Assembly (NCBI GenBank): GCA_963665815.1 | Contig: OY762463.1 | Span: 2,944,001 to 3,008,000 of the forward strand | DNA from: Candidatus Cloacimonadales bacterium | GTDB lineage: Bacteria; Cloacimonadota; Cloacimonadia; Cloacimonadales; JAIOQZ01 | Length of the DNA stretch: 64,000 nt | Direction: 5' to 3' | Shown here: in pieces, positions 37,687-48,473 of the stretch | How positions within the stretch are numbered: position 1 is the stretch's first letter | Layout of the letters: each line of letters begins with the position of its first letter | The notes under the pieces: model-generated | The model's database searches: none | What the model was told of the DNA's origin: nothing | Seen by the model: only the letters and a program-made list of their open reading frames with translations | Translations under genes and position numbers: made by a program

Positions 37687-38604
37687 ATGGATGACAAAAA
37701 ATGGATTCAGGTCAGAAAATCAGCTATGACGAAGTATAAGTTAACTGCTTTATACTACAAAACAGACAGCAATGAATATCAACTTTACAAGCCTGAAGGC
37801 AAAATGCTGGATCAGGTCAGAATAAATACAGAGCTTCATCCGAAGTTGTACATCAAGGCAGAGGACAAAGAAAAAGCGATTATTGAAATGCAGAAAGTAT
37901 ACAATCAGGAGCTTAAGTCTAATATTGCTACCGGTAATATCAAAGAAGTAAAGGAAACTCTTGTGAATGTTGTAGAAGAAACTTTGTCTGAACCCAGAGC
38001 CGGAACTCTTCATGGTGTCCGTGATACTGTAGACATAATGATTGGAGGTTACTCTCAGGAACCGAAAGTCCTTAATTCCCTTGCCGCTATCTCTTATAAT
38101 GACTATACGACAGGTCTGCATTCCGTTAATGTGATGGCTCTGACAATTGCTTTTGCGGAATATTGCGGTTATGAGCCTGATCTTATAAAAAATCTTGGAT
38201 TATCGGCTTTACTTCATGATATAGGAAAAACAACCATACCAAATGAAATTCTCAATGCTAAAAGAAAACTGACTGACGACGAATTTGCTGTTATCAGAAA
38301 TCATCCTCTTGCCGGTTACAATATTTTAAAACGCTCAGGGTTTAATAACTCAATTGTTTTGTCAGGTGCTGTTCAGCATCATGAGAAGCTGGATGGATCC
38401 GGTTATCCGAACAGAATAAAAAGACTTGATCTGGCAGGTAAAATCATTTCGATTATAGACTGCTATGAGGCAATAACGAACGATGATAGACCATATAGAT
38501 CTGCCATGGATCCCTTGAAAGCACTTTACCTGCTGAAGAAGGATGTTGATAGCGGAAAATTCGACAGTGAAATATTCAGTAAATTTGCTTACAGTCTGGT
38601 ATAA
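37687..38604 (+). CDS. HD-GYP domain protein (cyclic dinucleotide phosphodiesterase family)
   Basis: YTTGLHSVNV, LLHDIGK, HPLAG, QHHEKLDGSGYP, IDCYEAIT..RPYR. Start chosen after a GAAGG RBS. Confidence 0.9.
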   Translation: MDDKKWIQVRKSAMTKYKLTALYYKTDSNEYQLYKPEGKMLDQVRINTELHPKLYIKAEDKEKAIIEMQKVYNQELKSNIATGNIKEVKETLVNVVEETLSEPRAGTLHGVRDTVDIMIGGYSQEPKVLNSLAAISYNDYTTGLHSVNVMALTIAFAEYCGYEPDLIKNLGLSALLHDIGKTTIPNEILNAKRKLTDDEFAVIRNHPLAGYNILKRSGFNNSIVLSGAVQHHEKLDGSGYPNRIKRLDLAGKIISIIDCYEAITNDDRPYRSAMDPLKALYLLKKDVDSGKFDSEIFSKFAYSLV

Positions 38605-38620
38605 TCTCAAACAACGATAA

Positions 38621-39241
38621 TCAGAACAGAATCTCTTCTATTGTCTTCATCAGCTTATCCATACCTTTTTTCTTCAGTGAAGAAACCGGAAAAATAGGAA
38701 CATCTACGCCAAATTCAGCTTTGAGATTTTTTGCTGCAGCAAGAGCTTTACTACCCTTTATCTTATCTGATTTCGTAGCAACCAGTATAAACTTTATCCC
38801 CGCTTCCTGCAGCATTTCCATCATTAGTTTGTCTTTGGGATCTGCCTTATGTCTGATATCCACAAGTAGTACAACCAGTCGTAACTGAATCCTCTGTGTA
38901 AGAAATGTCATTATCATCTTCTTCCAGGATTCCCTTTCGGATTTACTGACTTTTGCATAGCCGTATCCCGGTAAATCCACAATCTGAAAGAAAGCGTCCA
39001 GTTCTTCTCCGCTGGACTCCATTTTCTTCTTACAGCGAATCTCAAAGAAATTCAGCAGACGAGTTTTTCCCGGTTTACCACTTATTTTTGCGAGAAGCTT
39101 CCTGTTCAGCAGAGTGTTAATCAGAGATGATTTACCAACATTTGATTTTCCGGCAAATGCGACTTCCTGATACTGAGTTTCAGGATAATCTTTAGGTTTA
39201 ACAGCACTTTTAACGAAACTTGATTCTACAACTCTTATCAT
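38621..39241 (-). CDS. engB: Ribosome biogenesis GTP-binding protein YihA/YsxC
   Basis: AFAGKSNVGKSSLIN, PGKT, VDLPGYGYA, TKSDK. Confidence 0.95.
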   Translation of the reverse strand: MIRVVESSFVKSAVKPKDYPETQYQEVAFAGKSNVGKSSLINTLLNRKLLAKISGKPGKTRLLNFFEIRCKKKMESSGEELDAFFQIVDLPGYGYAKVSKSERESWKKMIMTFLTQRIQLRLVVLLVDIRHKADPKDKLMMEMLQEAGIKFILVATKSDKIKGSKALAAAKNLKAEFGVDVPIFPVSSLKKKGMDKLMKTIEEILF

Positions 39242-39243
39242 AA

Positions 39244-39612
39244 CTACTCGAAATATGTCATTGAAGTATTATCAGATTCGCAGACTTCTACTTCATGTAT
39301 TTGACAACAGTCATTTTTCAGTTCATTTTGAAATCTTTTATAGATAAAGCAGGCTATGTTTTCTGATGTAGGGTTTTTATCCTGAAAATACTCATGTTCA
39401 TTCAGATTTGTGTGGTCAAGTTCAGAAATCACTCTATCGAGAACGATTTTCACTTCTTTAAAGTCTATTGTGAGACCTATTTCATCTGTCTTTTCACAAA
39501 GTATGCAGATACGTACTTTCCAATTATGTCCATGCATGTTTTTACAGGGCCCATTGTACCCGTTCAGCTGGTGGGCTGCCGAAAAGTGGGACTTAACATT
39601 AAGTTTATACAT
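39244..39612 (-). CDS. queD: 6-carboxytetrahydropterin synthase
   Basis: FSAAHQL..Y.GPCKNMHGHNW, LDH..LN, NPTSENIA. Confidence 0.92.
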   Translation of the reverse strand: MYKLNVKSHFSAAHQLNGYNGPCKNMHGHNWKVRICILCEKTDEIGLTIDFKEVKIVLDRVISELDHTNLNEHEYFQDKNPTSENIACFIYKRFQNELKNDCCQIHEVEVCESDNTSMTYFE

Positions 39613-39937
39613 TCTTCACTCCATTTATTAATAATGTTAAATATTGAACTTTGCAACATGATAAATGCAGAATTTCAACAGGAAATACAGATAAGCAAAG
39701 TCCGAGTAAATATCTAATATTGAATGCTGTAATACTGTCAATAAAATCTTGGGATATTAATTTACGGGATAACTTACTCTAAATATAATTAATGATAGTT
39801 ATGGCTATACATTTCTACCAACGGATCAAAGTTTTCTGAGATATTTATAGTCTTGTTATTAAACATTATAAGGGGAATAGTAGCTTTTAAAAAGGATAAA
39901 ATAGGTTAACTTGTTTCACTAAATATTGAATCATTTA

Positions 39938-39990
39938 TTGACATTAATTACGCTATTATATATCTTTGCTATAGTTTTTTAATACTATAG
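39938..39990 (+). promoter_or_regulatory. Sigma70-type promoter with inverted-repeat operator upstream of padR
   Basis: TTGACA (39938), 17-nt spacer, TATCTT (39961), then CTATAGT-N8-ACTATAG (39969-39990). Confidence 0.6.
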
Positions 39991-39997
39991 AGGAAAT

Positions 39998-40387
39998 ATG
40001 AGTAAGAATGTTGAAAATCTGCTAAAATCATGGGAGAAGAAACATAGAAAAGGGTTCACTCCATATATGGTTTTAGTGTTACTGAGTGAAAAAGAGATGT
40101 ACGGATACGAGATTCGGCAACGGCTGGATGAGTTATCGGGAAATATGACGTTTCAGGAAAGCAGTATATATCAGATATTAAAAAAGTTTACAAAGAAAGG
40201 AATCGTGCAGGCGTTTAGTAAGAAGTCTCCTAAAGGACCTGATAGAAAGTATTACACACTTACTGAGTCTGGCGAAACTCTACTGGAAAAGTACTCTGAA
40301 CGATATATATTTCCTACATATTCTGCTGTAGCCTCTATAATTCAAAAAAAATATCCAGATATTCTGAAAGGAGACAATAATGCTTAA
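39998..40387 (+). CDS. PadR family transcriptional regulator
   Basis: EMYGYEI, SIYQIL, GPDRKYYTLTESG. Confidence 0.92.
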   Translation: MSKNVENLLKSWEKKHRKGFTPYMVLVLLSEKEMYGYEIRQRLDELSGNMTFQESSIYQILKKFTKKGIVQAFSKKSPKGPDRKYYTLTESGETLLEKYSERYIFPTYSAVASIIQKKYPDILKGDNNA

Positions 40388-41510
40388 CAAATTGTCATTT
40401 AAAATTGGGAATTTAAATATAAAAACTCCAATAGTACAAGGCGGAATGGGTGTCAGGGTGTCGTTATCAAGACTGGCTTCTGCAGTAGCAAACGAGGGTG
40501 GAATCGGTGTAATATCATCTGTAGGTATAGGCTACGATGAACCTGACTTTGTAACGAACTCCAAAGAGGCGAATCTGAGAGTTCTCAGACAGGAAATCAG
40601 AAAAGCTAAAGAGAACTCAGACGGCATTATCGGGGTCAACATTATGATGGCTCTAACAGACTTTGATGACCAGATCAGGGTTTCTGTAGAAGAAGAAGCT
40701 GACATCGTTTTTGTAGGTGCCGGACTGCTTCTTAAAGCTCCCGGTAACTTCACAATAGATGAACTTAAAAAATCTAAAACGAAGGTTGTACCAATAGTTT
40801 CGTCCGCAAGAGCCGCTAAGTTGATTTTCAACACATGGAAAAAGAAATACAATTATGTTCCGGACGCTGTTGTTGTGGAAGGTCCTCTGGCAGGCGGTCA
40901 TCTCGGATTCAAAGTAGAACAGATTGAAGATGAAGACTTCAAACTGGAAAAACTTATTCCGGAAGTAGTGGAGACAATAAAGTCATTCGAAGCAGATTTC
41001 AATAAGGAAATTCCGGTTATAGCCGGTGGCGGTGTATACACTGGAGCAGATATTCTGAAGTTCATCAACCTCGGAGCAAAAGCTGTTCAGATGGGAACGC
41101 GTTTCGCAGCTACCGTAGAATGCGATGCTTCCGATGAATTCAAAAATGCAATAATCAATTGCAGAGAAGAAGATGTCACAATCATTAAAAGCCCTGTCGG
41201 ATTACCGGGTAGAGCAATTTCCAACGAATTCCTGAAAGATGTTAAGTCGGGTAAAAACAAGCCGTTTGGCTGTCCATGGAAATGCCTGAAAACATGTAAC
41301 TTCATGAAAGCCCCATACTGCATTGCAGATGCTCTTACTAACGCCCAGAAAGGAATGCTCGACAAAGGATTTGTCTTTGCCGGAGCTAATGCCTTCAGGG
41401 TAGACAGTATTATGACTGTAAAAGAGCTGATTGATAAACTTAAAGAAGAACTGCAGGCAGCAATGGAAGCATTCTGTATTGCTCATCCTCAGGCGGCATT
41501 CTGCATATAA
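40380..41510 (+). CDS. Nitronate monooxygenase / FabK-like flavin oxidoreductase
   Basis: PIVQGGMG, LASAVANEGGIG, EGPLAGGHLG, VIAGGG, VQMGTRF, SPVGLPGRA, C-terminal Cys cluster. Confidence 0.88.
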   Translation: MLNKLSFKIGNLNIKTPIVQGGMGVRVSLSRLASAVANEGGIGVISSVGIGYDEPDFVTNSKEANLRVLRQEIRKAKENSDGIIGVNIMMALTDFDDQIRVSVEEEADIVFVGAGLLLKAPGNFTIDELKKSKTKVVPIVSSARAAKLIFNTWKKKYNYVPDAVVVEGPLAGGHLGFKVEQIEDEDFKLEKLIPEVVETIKSFEADFNKEIPVIAGGGVYTGADILKFINLGAKAVQMGTRFAATVECDASDEFKNAIINCREEDVTIIKSPVGLPGRAISNEFLKDVKSGKNKPFGCPWKCLKTCNFMKAPYCIADALTNAQKGMLDKGFVFAGANAFRVDSIMTVKELIDKLKEELQAAMEAFCIAHPQAAFCI

Positions 41511-41536
41511 TAATATAGCTGATAGATTTTTACTAC

Positions 41537-41561
41537 TGCCGGTTCTGCCGGCATTTTTTTT
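41537..41561 (+). terminator. Rho-independent terminator
   Basis: TGCCGG-TTCTG-CCGGCA followed by a T-tract. Confidence 0.75.
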
Positions 41562-41700
41562 GTTATACTCCTGAACGTGTTAATTTACATACTATCTGTT
41601 GACATTTTTACCACTCTGTACTTTTCTTAACATGGATAATTTTCAGTATTAGCAAATTAATATTTTGTTTAAAATTTGAGAACTATATCCGGGAGAAAAC

Positions 41701-42174
41701 ATGAAAAACATAGTTGTTTTCAAAGTACATAACAGTATACTCGCAGTGGAAACAGAGAAGATCCATCAGATTGTCTCAGGGACAACAATTACTCCAATCG
41801 CTGGGATAAAAGACTGCATCTCCGGTGTTTTTGCCTTCGATGGCAAGGCTATCACAGCAGTGAACCTGAAAAAGATGTTCTTCGATAATTCAGAAGAATC
41901 TCAGAAAATGATTATTCTCAAAACAGAAAAGAATAACAGAGAAATTCTCTTTGCTGTTTCTGCAGACAGGATTGTTTCAACCTGTGATGTTGATAAATCC
42001 AATCTTGCTAAAAAAGCGCTGATCAACAAACATATCCCGGATTCAGTAATAGAAGAAATATACTCGGTTAACACATATACAGCCGTACAAATCAATACGG
42101 ACAAACTTTACAGCTATATGCAGAGTCTGCTGGCAGATAATACAGATTTAACACTTGCCGGTAACAATTTCTGA
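41701..42174 (+). CDS. CheW-like domain protein
   Basis: IVVFKV..LAV..I..IV..ITPI....I.GV....G.AI..VNL pattern. Confidence 0.65.
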   Translation: MKNIVVFKVHNSILAVETEKIHQIVSGTTITPIAGIKDCISGVFAFDGKAITAVNLKKMFFDNSEESQKMIILKTEKNNREILFAVSADRIVSTCDVDKSNLAKKALINKHIPDSVIEEIYSVNTYTAVQINTDKLYSYMQSLLADNTDLTLAGNNF

Positions 42175-42197
42175 CATCCGGCAGATGGAATAGTGAA

Positions 42198-43208
42198 ATG
42201 ATAGAATCAATTATATATAAAGATAACAAGATTACATTGCTCGACCAGACATTGTTGCCAATCGAAGAAAAATATATCAGTATTCCCGATTACAGAACAA
42301 TGATTGAGGCGATCAAAAAACTCAGAATTCGAGGAGCTCCTGCAATTGGTATTGCAGCAGCCTGGGGAATTTACCTTGCTGCGGAAGAATTCAAAGACAG
42401 TCCTGACTGGAAAGAAAAACTGGAAGAAGCTATATCTGAGATAGAAGCAAGCAGACCGACTGCCGTTAATCTCTTTAAAGCATCAGGTGAAATAAAAGTC
42501 CTGCTGGCTATCAGTGATTATGCCGACTGCTTTACAGAGACAGTTCGGGACTATGCTCTGAAACTAATGGAATACGAGAAAAATGCTTCAGTAATGATGG
42601 GTGTAAACGGTCTGGAAGAGATTTCTGACAATGCAGTTAACATCATGACGATCTGTAATACCGGTTCTCTCGCTACCTATGGTGAAGGAACTGCCCTTGC
42701 GGTGATCAGAGCACTGGCAGAGAAAAGAGACATCACTGTTTATGCCTGCGAAACAAGGCCATTATTACAGGGATCACGTCTGACCATGTGGGAGCTGATG
42801 AGATCCGGAATTGAATCCAGATTGATAACAGATGGTATGACCGGATCAATCATCAGAGACAAGGCTATAGACTGTATTGTTACCGGTGCCGACAGGATTG
42901 CGGCTAACGGGGATTCAGCAAATAAAATCGGTACATTCAATCTGGCAGTTCTGGCTAATCACTTTAATATTCCCTTCTATATTGCGGCTCCGGAATCAAC
43001 ATTCGACAGATCAATCAAAACCGGCGCTGAAATAAATATTGAGCAGAGAGATGCGGAAGAAGTAAAATTTGTACGGGGAACTCAGATTGCACCAGCCGAC
43101 TGTAAGGTGGAAAATCCGGCATTTGATGTTACTCCGTTTGAGCTGATTACTGGTATTATCACCGAAAAGAAAGTGTATAAGAATCCAGATGAAATACATA
43201 AAGCTTGA
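42198..43208 (+). CDS. mtnA: S-methyl-5-thioribose-1-phosphate isomerase
   Basis: LLDQT.LP, IRGAPAIG, RPTAVNL, CNTGSLAT, ETRPLLQGSRLT, GADRI, NKIGT, NPAFDVTP. Confidence 0.93.
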   Translation: MIESIIYKDNKITLLDQTLLPIEEKYISIPDYRTMIEAIKKLRIRGAPAIGIAAAWGIYLAAEEFKDSPDWKEKLEEAISEIEASRPTAVNLFKASGEIKVLLAISDYADCFTETVRDYALKLMEYEKNASVMMGVNGLEEISDNAVNIMTICNTGSLATYGEGTALAVIRALAEKRDITVYACETRPLLQGSRLTMWELMRSGIESRLITDGMTGSIIRDKAIDCIVTGADRIAANGDSANKIGTFNLAVLANHFNIPFYIAAPESTFDRSIKTGAEINIEQRDAEEVKFVRGTQIAPADCKVENPAFDVTPFELITGIITEKKVYKNPDEIHKA

Positions 43209-43248
43209 CACTAATAAACATTATTAGTAACAAACAAACAGGAATATC

Positions 43249-44373
43249 ATGAATGTATTAATAGAAAGACAGAAAGGATACAATCCGGAAGAAGTATACG
43301 GGATTATCAAAAGGATGTTTGAGTCCTGTGATCTTGCAGGTAAGCTTTCTGGTAAAGAGAGGATTCTTGTTAAGCCGAATCTGCTGGGTCCTTTTTCTCC
43401 CGAGAAAGCAGTTACGACTCATCCTGTTATTGTTGAAGCAGTTGTAAGGATTTTACTTGAGATGGGTAAGAAGGTAACAGTGGGAGACAGTCCCGGAGGG
43501 ACTTCCCCGATAAACGGTATTTACAAAGCAACAGGTCTCGAATACATTAAAGAAAAGTATCCCATTGAATTCGTCTGTTTTACAAAATCCGGTTTCAGAG
43601 AAATAAGCCACAATGGTATTGATTTTTATATTACAAAACCATTCTTTGAAGCTGATGCCGTGATAAATCTTGCTAAATATAAAACACACGGACTTATGCT
43701 GTACACAGGCTGTGTTAAGAACTTATACGGATTAATCCCCGGTTTAAGTAAAGCAACATATCACAAGCAGTTTCCAAGACCGTTCCAGTTTACCGAGGTT
43801 CTTCACGCCTTGTATGATTATACTTCGGCAAAGATTGCTTTCAATGTTCTGGATGGAATCTGGGGAATGGAAGGAGAAGGGCCTTCTGCCGGAACAAGAA
43901 GAGATTTCGGAGTCATTTTCGGAGGAGAGAAAGCTTCAGCTATTGACTGTATTGCCTCCGGTATGATGGGATATTCTCTGAAACAGGTAGAATATTTACA
44001 AAAAGCTCTTGAAGTTGACAGGATTAATCCTGACTCAATTGTTGTATCGTCGGAATTCAAAGGATTCAAATTCAGGAATGTCGATATAAAAAAAGTCCTG
44101 AGAAAGAGTTTTCTGTTTAACAGGCTTCCTAAATCGTTGGAAAAGATTATCAGACTTCTGTTCAGGTATCATCCAGATTTCAATGATAAGTGCCGGATGT
44201 GCGGAGTCTGTGTTGAGAGTTGTCCTGTAGATGCTATGATTCTAAATAAAGAAGAAAAAAAACCTGTGATAGACTTCTCGAAATGTATAAATTGTTTATG
44301 TTGCCATGAAATGTGTCCTCATCATGCGGTTTATATAAGAAAAAGCATGGTTGCAAAATTATTTATTAGATAG
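43249..44373 (+). CDS. DUF362 domain protein with C-terminal 2x[4Fe-4S] ferredoxin
   Basis: VKPNLL, TTHP, GDSPG, KTH, KNLYG, MEGEGP, CRMCGVCVESCP, CINCLCCHEMCP. Confidence 0.88.
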   Translation: MNVLIERQKGYNPEEVYGIIKRMFESCDLAGKLSGKERILVKPNLLGPFSPEKAVTTHPVIVEAVVRILLEMGKKVTVGDSPGGTSPINGIYKATGLEYIKEKYPIEFVCFTKSGFREISHNGIDFYITKPFFEADAVINLAKYKTHGLMLYTGCVKNLYGLIPGLSKATYHKQFPRPFQFTEVLHALYDYTSAKIAFNVLDGIWGMEGEGPSAGTRRDFGVIFGGEKASAIDCIASGMMGYSLKQVEYLQKALEVDRINPDSIVVSSEFKGFKFRNVDIKKVLRKSFLFNRLPKSLEKIIRLLFRYHPDFNDKCRMCGVCVESCPVDAMILNKEEKKPVIDFSKCINCLCCHEMCPHHAVYIRKSMVAKLFIR

Positions 44374-44378
44374 GTTAT

Positions 44379-44669
44379 ATGAAAAAGAAAGGTTTGTTGC
44401 TTAAGATTATTATAATATGCAGTATTGTATATATTGCTTTTTTTGATAAAGCCAGTTTTGTGCAGGTTTTCAAATCTAAGATGAGATACAAAAAATTGAA
44501 AAATGAGTCTGAAAGAATTGCGAGGGAGAACGAAAATCTGCGTAACAAGAATGAGAAACTGAAGAATGACCCATTCGAGTGGGAACGTATAGCACGTGAA
44601 AAACTTGGTATGCAGAAAGAAGGAGAAAACGTTTACAGATTTTATAATGACAAGGATGAAAAAAAATAA
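44379..44669 (+). CDS. Septum formation initiator (FtsB/DivIC family)
   Basis: N-terminal TM helix, coiled coil, ERIAREKLGM..GE motif. Confidence 0.85.
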   Translation: MKKKGLLLKIIIICSIVYIAFFDKASFVQVFKSKMRYKKLKNESERIARENENLRNKNEKLKNDPFEWERIAREKLGMQKEGENVYRFYNDKDEKK

Positions 44670-44745
44670 TTTGAGAATTGACAATAAAAAGAATATGAAT
44701 AAATTTAATATGCAAAATTTCACAAAACATGAAAGGAGATTACTT

Positions 44746-47700
44746 ATGAGTAAAAAATTACTCTTATTAGCTCTTGTAGCTTTTTTATGCATGCCTTTTA
44801 CAATGGCTGCAGTTACGTTTTCAGAGCTGGAACCGATTGATATCGGGGCTATAGTCAACAGTGATGTAAATCACAACAACGAAAGATTAGACGTTACAAC
44901 ATTCCCTTGGACGGAAGACTTTGAAGGGGCTACATTCCCTCCAACAGACTGGACTGTACAAAATGATGCAGCTCCTAACACAATTTCTCAAGGTACAGAA
45001 AACCATACTGCAGGTGGTAGCCACTGTCTTGAATTCAATACAAGCCAGACTACTACATTGTACCAGCAAATCACTGTAACTCCATTAGTACATATGGATA
45101 ACCTTACTATTCCTTATATTACTTTCTGGGCTAAAAGATATGCAGATACATCAGAAACCTTTCTGTTCGGTATTGGAACTGACAATACTAATCTGGGTGG
45201 ATTTAGCTGGTATAACATGTCTCCATACATTTCATCAGATCTGAACTGGAATGAAGTAACCTTAAACCTTACAGGCTTAACAGGAAACTTATATTTCGGT
45301 ATTGGAGTTTCTAACGCTGCTGCAGGTGGAAGCGTTGGTATTGATGATGTTTCAATTTATGATGGTGGAGCTCTTTCCGGAACAGTTACACTCGACAATG
45401 GTGGAGATGTTACTTTAGTAGACATTACATTTAATGGTGTTACAACTAACCCTGATGCTAACGGTGTTTATGATTTCTTCTCTCCAGTTGATGTTACTTC
45501 TGATTTAACTGCTGTTTTCCCCGGGTACGCAGACTATTCCCAAACTGCTGTAACAATCACTGCTGGATCTACAAACACTGTAGACTTCACAATGAATGCT
45601 GTTACAGGTTATGTTGTTAGCGGATTTGTTGATGCAAATGATAATCCTAATGTAGGTGTTGATGGTGCAACAGTTACAATCAGCAATGCTGCATTATCTT
45701 ATAGTGGTACTACAGATGCAAGTGGTAACTATTCTATTGCCAATGTTGCTCCAAACACAGACTTAAATCTCATAGTGAGCCAAAATGGTTACATGCCTTA
45801 TTCTGTAACTATAAACATTTCTGCAGACCATACTGAAGATGTAACTATCAATGAAATTGTTGCAGTACCTGGAAATGTTGTTGCAACTGCTCAAGGCGAT
45901 GACATGAACGTAACATGGGATGCAGTTTTGGGTGATTTCGTTCTTGATAATGGTACTGTTGACGGACAATTAGGTTTCAGTACTGCTACTGCTAATTCAG
46001 TAATGGGTACACTGTTCATGAATAATGCTTTAATTGAGCAAGTATCATGGTATTTAACAGACGAATCCGGTCCACATGATAATGTAAATATTCTCATTCT
46101 CGGTGCAAATGCAAACGCTCCTGATATAAACAATATTCTTTACCATTCAGCTACAATTGCCAATACAGATGGTCAATGGAACACTCATACACTCCCACAA
46201 CCAATCAGTGCTCCAAACGGTTTCTTTGTTGGTGTTCAGTACAATGGATTCGTTGCACTGGCTCTTGATGATCATGATCAAACCAACAACACACCTGGTA
46301 CACAATGGGCTATTCATGACTATACTGATTTAACAGGAGCTCCATCAGATATTTCAGGATCAGGTTTCTATGGTCACTTTCTCATGAGAGCTCATGGTGC
46401 GGATTTAGGTCCTGTAACAAGATCTGTTACACGTTCATCTTTCAATGCAGATAACAACATTTCATACATTGAAAATAGAACTCCATATTTTGTTGGTTCA
46501 CCGGAAGTTCTGTCACCTTCAGAACGTCAGCTTATTGATTTCAGCGTTTACAGATTTGCTGAAGCTGATATGGACAACATGGCAAACTGGACTTTACTTA
46601 CAGATAACGAAACTAATACAAACTATCTTGATACTTCTTGGAATACATTAACTGCAGGTATCTATTATTATGCTGTAAGTGCTGAATATACAACAGGTAC
46701 ATCTGCTCCAACTATTTCAGACTGGGTTGCTGCCGATATGGATGCAATTGTTACTGTTGAAATAGGAACTGATTCAGGTGATCCTATAGTTGGCACTGAA
46801 GTAAGACTTTCCGAAGTTGATGGAGATCACTCATATACTGCAAACGTTACAACAGGTAACTCAGTTACATTCCCTTCAGTGTGGAGATCTCGTTATGATG
46901 TAGTAGTTAACATGGAAAATCACTCAATGGAAATGCCTATTGAAAACTACAACTGTACTTCCGACTCAGTTCATATTGTTGCTCTTATGGCTGAAGACAG
47001 AATGACTCTTGATTACATGACTGCTACAATTAACAATTCAGCAGTTGATCTGGAATGGTTTGCAGTTCAGTCAGGTTTCGAAAACGTACTTCTTGTAGAT
47101 GATGATGCAAGTGCATATAATACAAGTTATGTGGATGTTACTCCTGCATATCAGGCTCTTTTCAATACTCTTGGTATTCAGTTAACTGTTATAGATTTAA
47201 CAACTGAATATCAGGATGGTCCTGATGCAGCAACAATGCTTCCATACGATCTTGTAATCTGGGATACTGGCGCATGCTTCTCAGATGGAAGATCCCTTTC
47301 AGATAATGACCATACAAATCTCGCTGCATACCTTAATAATGGTGGTAAACTGATTCTTTCTGCTCCAGAATACCTTTATGACAGATTTACTGGTCTTGGT
47401 GCTTTCAGTGCCGGCGATTTCCCTTATGATTATCTTGGTGTAGCAAGTGCAACTCAAGACGCTATTACTCTAACAGCTTCAGCAACACTTAATGGTGCTG
47501 CAGGATCTTATGTAGATGGTTATTCTGTTAATCAGGGTGTTAATTTACACATTCAGGATATGGATACATTAGTTCCAAATAATAATGGTATGGTCTTTGC
47601 AACTGTTGTATCTGGTGGAAACTATGATATTGGTGTTCAAACAGCTAATACAATTTTCTTTGCCGGATCTCTTTCAGGTTTAGAAGATGGTACAAATACT

Positions 47701-48231
47701 GTTGTTGAATTTGTGACAGCAGCTATGGCAGGTCTTTCTACTGCAAGCAGAAATGATAGATCATTCACAGGTTATAAAATCATGAGAAACGGTGAAGAAC
47801 TTGTAACTGGTATTCAGGGAACAACATTTACAGATGATGCTCCTGTTGCCGGTACAAATGCTTATGAAGTATATGCAGAATATTCATCAGGAAACTCAAA
47901 TACTGTAACAGCAAGCGTACACATTGATAGTAACGGTGAAGAAGTAAATCAATTCAAAGATGAAGTTTATGGAAACTATCCTAACCCATTCAACCCTACA
48001 ACACAAATCAAATTCTCACTTGCAAAAGCAGGAAACGTAGAAATTGATATCTACAACATTAAAGGTCAGAAAGTAAAAACTCTCCTTAATGAGAAACGCG
48101 AAGCAGGACAGAATTCAGTTGTATGGAATGGTACTGATGATACAGAAAAATCAGTTGGTTCAGGTGTTTACTTCTATAAAGTAAAAGCTTCTACATTCAC
48201 AACTATCAATAAAATGATAATGCTTAAGTAA
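44746..48231 (+). CDS. Large secreted multidomain protein (adhesin-like, carboxypeptidase-regulatory-like, FN3-like) with T9SS/FlgD-like CTD
   Basis: AAGGAG RBS before the ATG at 44746, signal peptide, EDFEG..FPP..W domain start, GTTDASGNYSI motif, NYPNPFNPTT CTD. Confidence 0.8.
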   Translation: MSKKLLLLALVAFLCMPFTMAAVTFSELEPIDIGAIVNSDVNHNNERLDVTTFPWTEDFEGATFPPTDWTVQNDAAPNTISQGTENHTAGGSHCLEFNTSQTTTLYQQITVTPLVHMDNLTIPYITFWAKRYADTSETFLFGIGTDNTNLGGFSWYNMSPYISSDLNWNEVTLNLTGLTGNLYFGIGVSNAAAGGSVGIDDVSIYDGGALSGTVTLDNGGDVTLVDITFNGVTTNPDANGVYDFFSPVDVTSDLTAVFPGYADYSQTAVTITAGSTNTVDFTMNAVTGYVVSGFVDANDNPNVGVDGATVTISNAALSYSGTTDASGNYSIANVAPNTDLNLIVSQNGYMPYSVTINISADHTEDVTINEIVAVPGNVVATAQGDDMNVTWDAVLGDFVLDNGTVDGQLGFSTATANSVMGTLFMNNALIEQVSWYLTDESGPHDNVNILILGANANAPDINNILYHSATIANTDGQWNTHTLPQPISAPNGFFVGVQYNGFVALALDDHDQTNNTPGTQWAIHDYTDLTGAPSDISGSGFYGHFLMRAHGADLGPVTRSVTRSSFNADNNISYIENRTPYFVGSPEVLSPSERQLIDFSVYRFAEADMDNMANWTLLTDNETNTNYLDTSWNTLTAGIYYYAVSAEYTTGTSAPTISDWVAADMDAIVTVEIGTDSGDPIVGTEVRLSEVDGDHSYTANVTTGNSVTFPSVWRSRYDVVVNMENHSMEMPIENYNCTSDSVHIVALMAEDRMTLDYMTATINNSAVDLEWFAVQSGFENVLLVDDDASAYNTSYVDVTPAYQALFNTLGIQLTVIDLTTEYQDGPDAATMLPYDLVIWDTGACFSDGRSLSDNDHTNLAAYLNNGGKLILSAPEYLYDRFTGLGAFSAGDFPYDYLGVASATQDAITLTASATLNGAAGSYVDGYSVNQGVNLHIQDMDTLVPNNNGMVFATVVSGGNYDIGVQTANTIFFAGSLSGLEDGTNTVVEFVTAAMAGLSTASRNDRSFTGYKIMRNGEELVTGIQGTTFTDDAPVAGTNAYEVYAEYSSGNSNTVTASVHIDSNGEEVNQFKDEVYGNYPNPFNPTTQIKFSLAKAGNVEIDIYNIKGQKVKTLLNEKREAGQNSVVWNGTDDTEKSVGSGVYFYKVKASTFTTINKMIMLK

Positions 48232-48250
48232 TCTCTCAACTAACATATAC

Positions 48251-48279
48251 AAAAGGCTGCCGTCTGGCGGCCTTTTTTT
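48251..48279 (+). terminator. Rho-independent terminator
   Basis: AAAAGGCTGCC-GTCT-GGCGGCCTTTTTTT. Confidence 0.85.
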
Positions 48280-48473
48280 GTGCGGGGAAACCCCTGGTTG
48301 ATGTTATTAATGATACTTTCTCTTCTAAATACAGGAAGTTTTGCAGCACCACTAAATCCCCTCTATCAAGAGGGGTGGCCACCGAAGGTGGACGGGGTGG
48401 GTAGAATCAACCATTGATATTTCTTTTTAAAACAACGAAAAAATGCTCACATTGAAAACAAGTCAGGGAATAT

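Noticed and set aside
39613-39745. preQ1 riboswitch or MITE upstream of queD
   Set aside because: There is an ACTTTGC...GCAAAGT inverted repeat resembling MITE family A ends, but no target duplication and no recognisable preQ1 aptamer core.
41701-42174. Chemotaxis operon
   Set aside because: Only a lone, divergent CheW-like gene is present, with no cheA, cheY or receptor genes in the window.
44596-44745. Extended N-terminus of the large secreted protein as given in the ORF track
   Set aside because: It overlaps the ftsB-like gene and a TTGACA box. The RBS and signal peptide point to the ATG at 44746.
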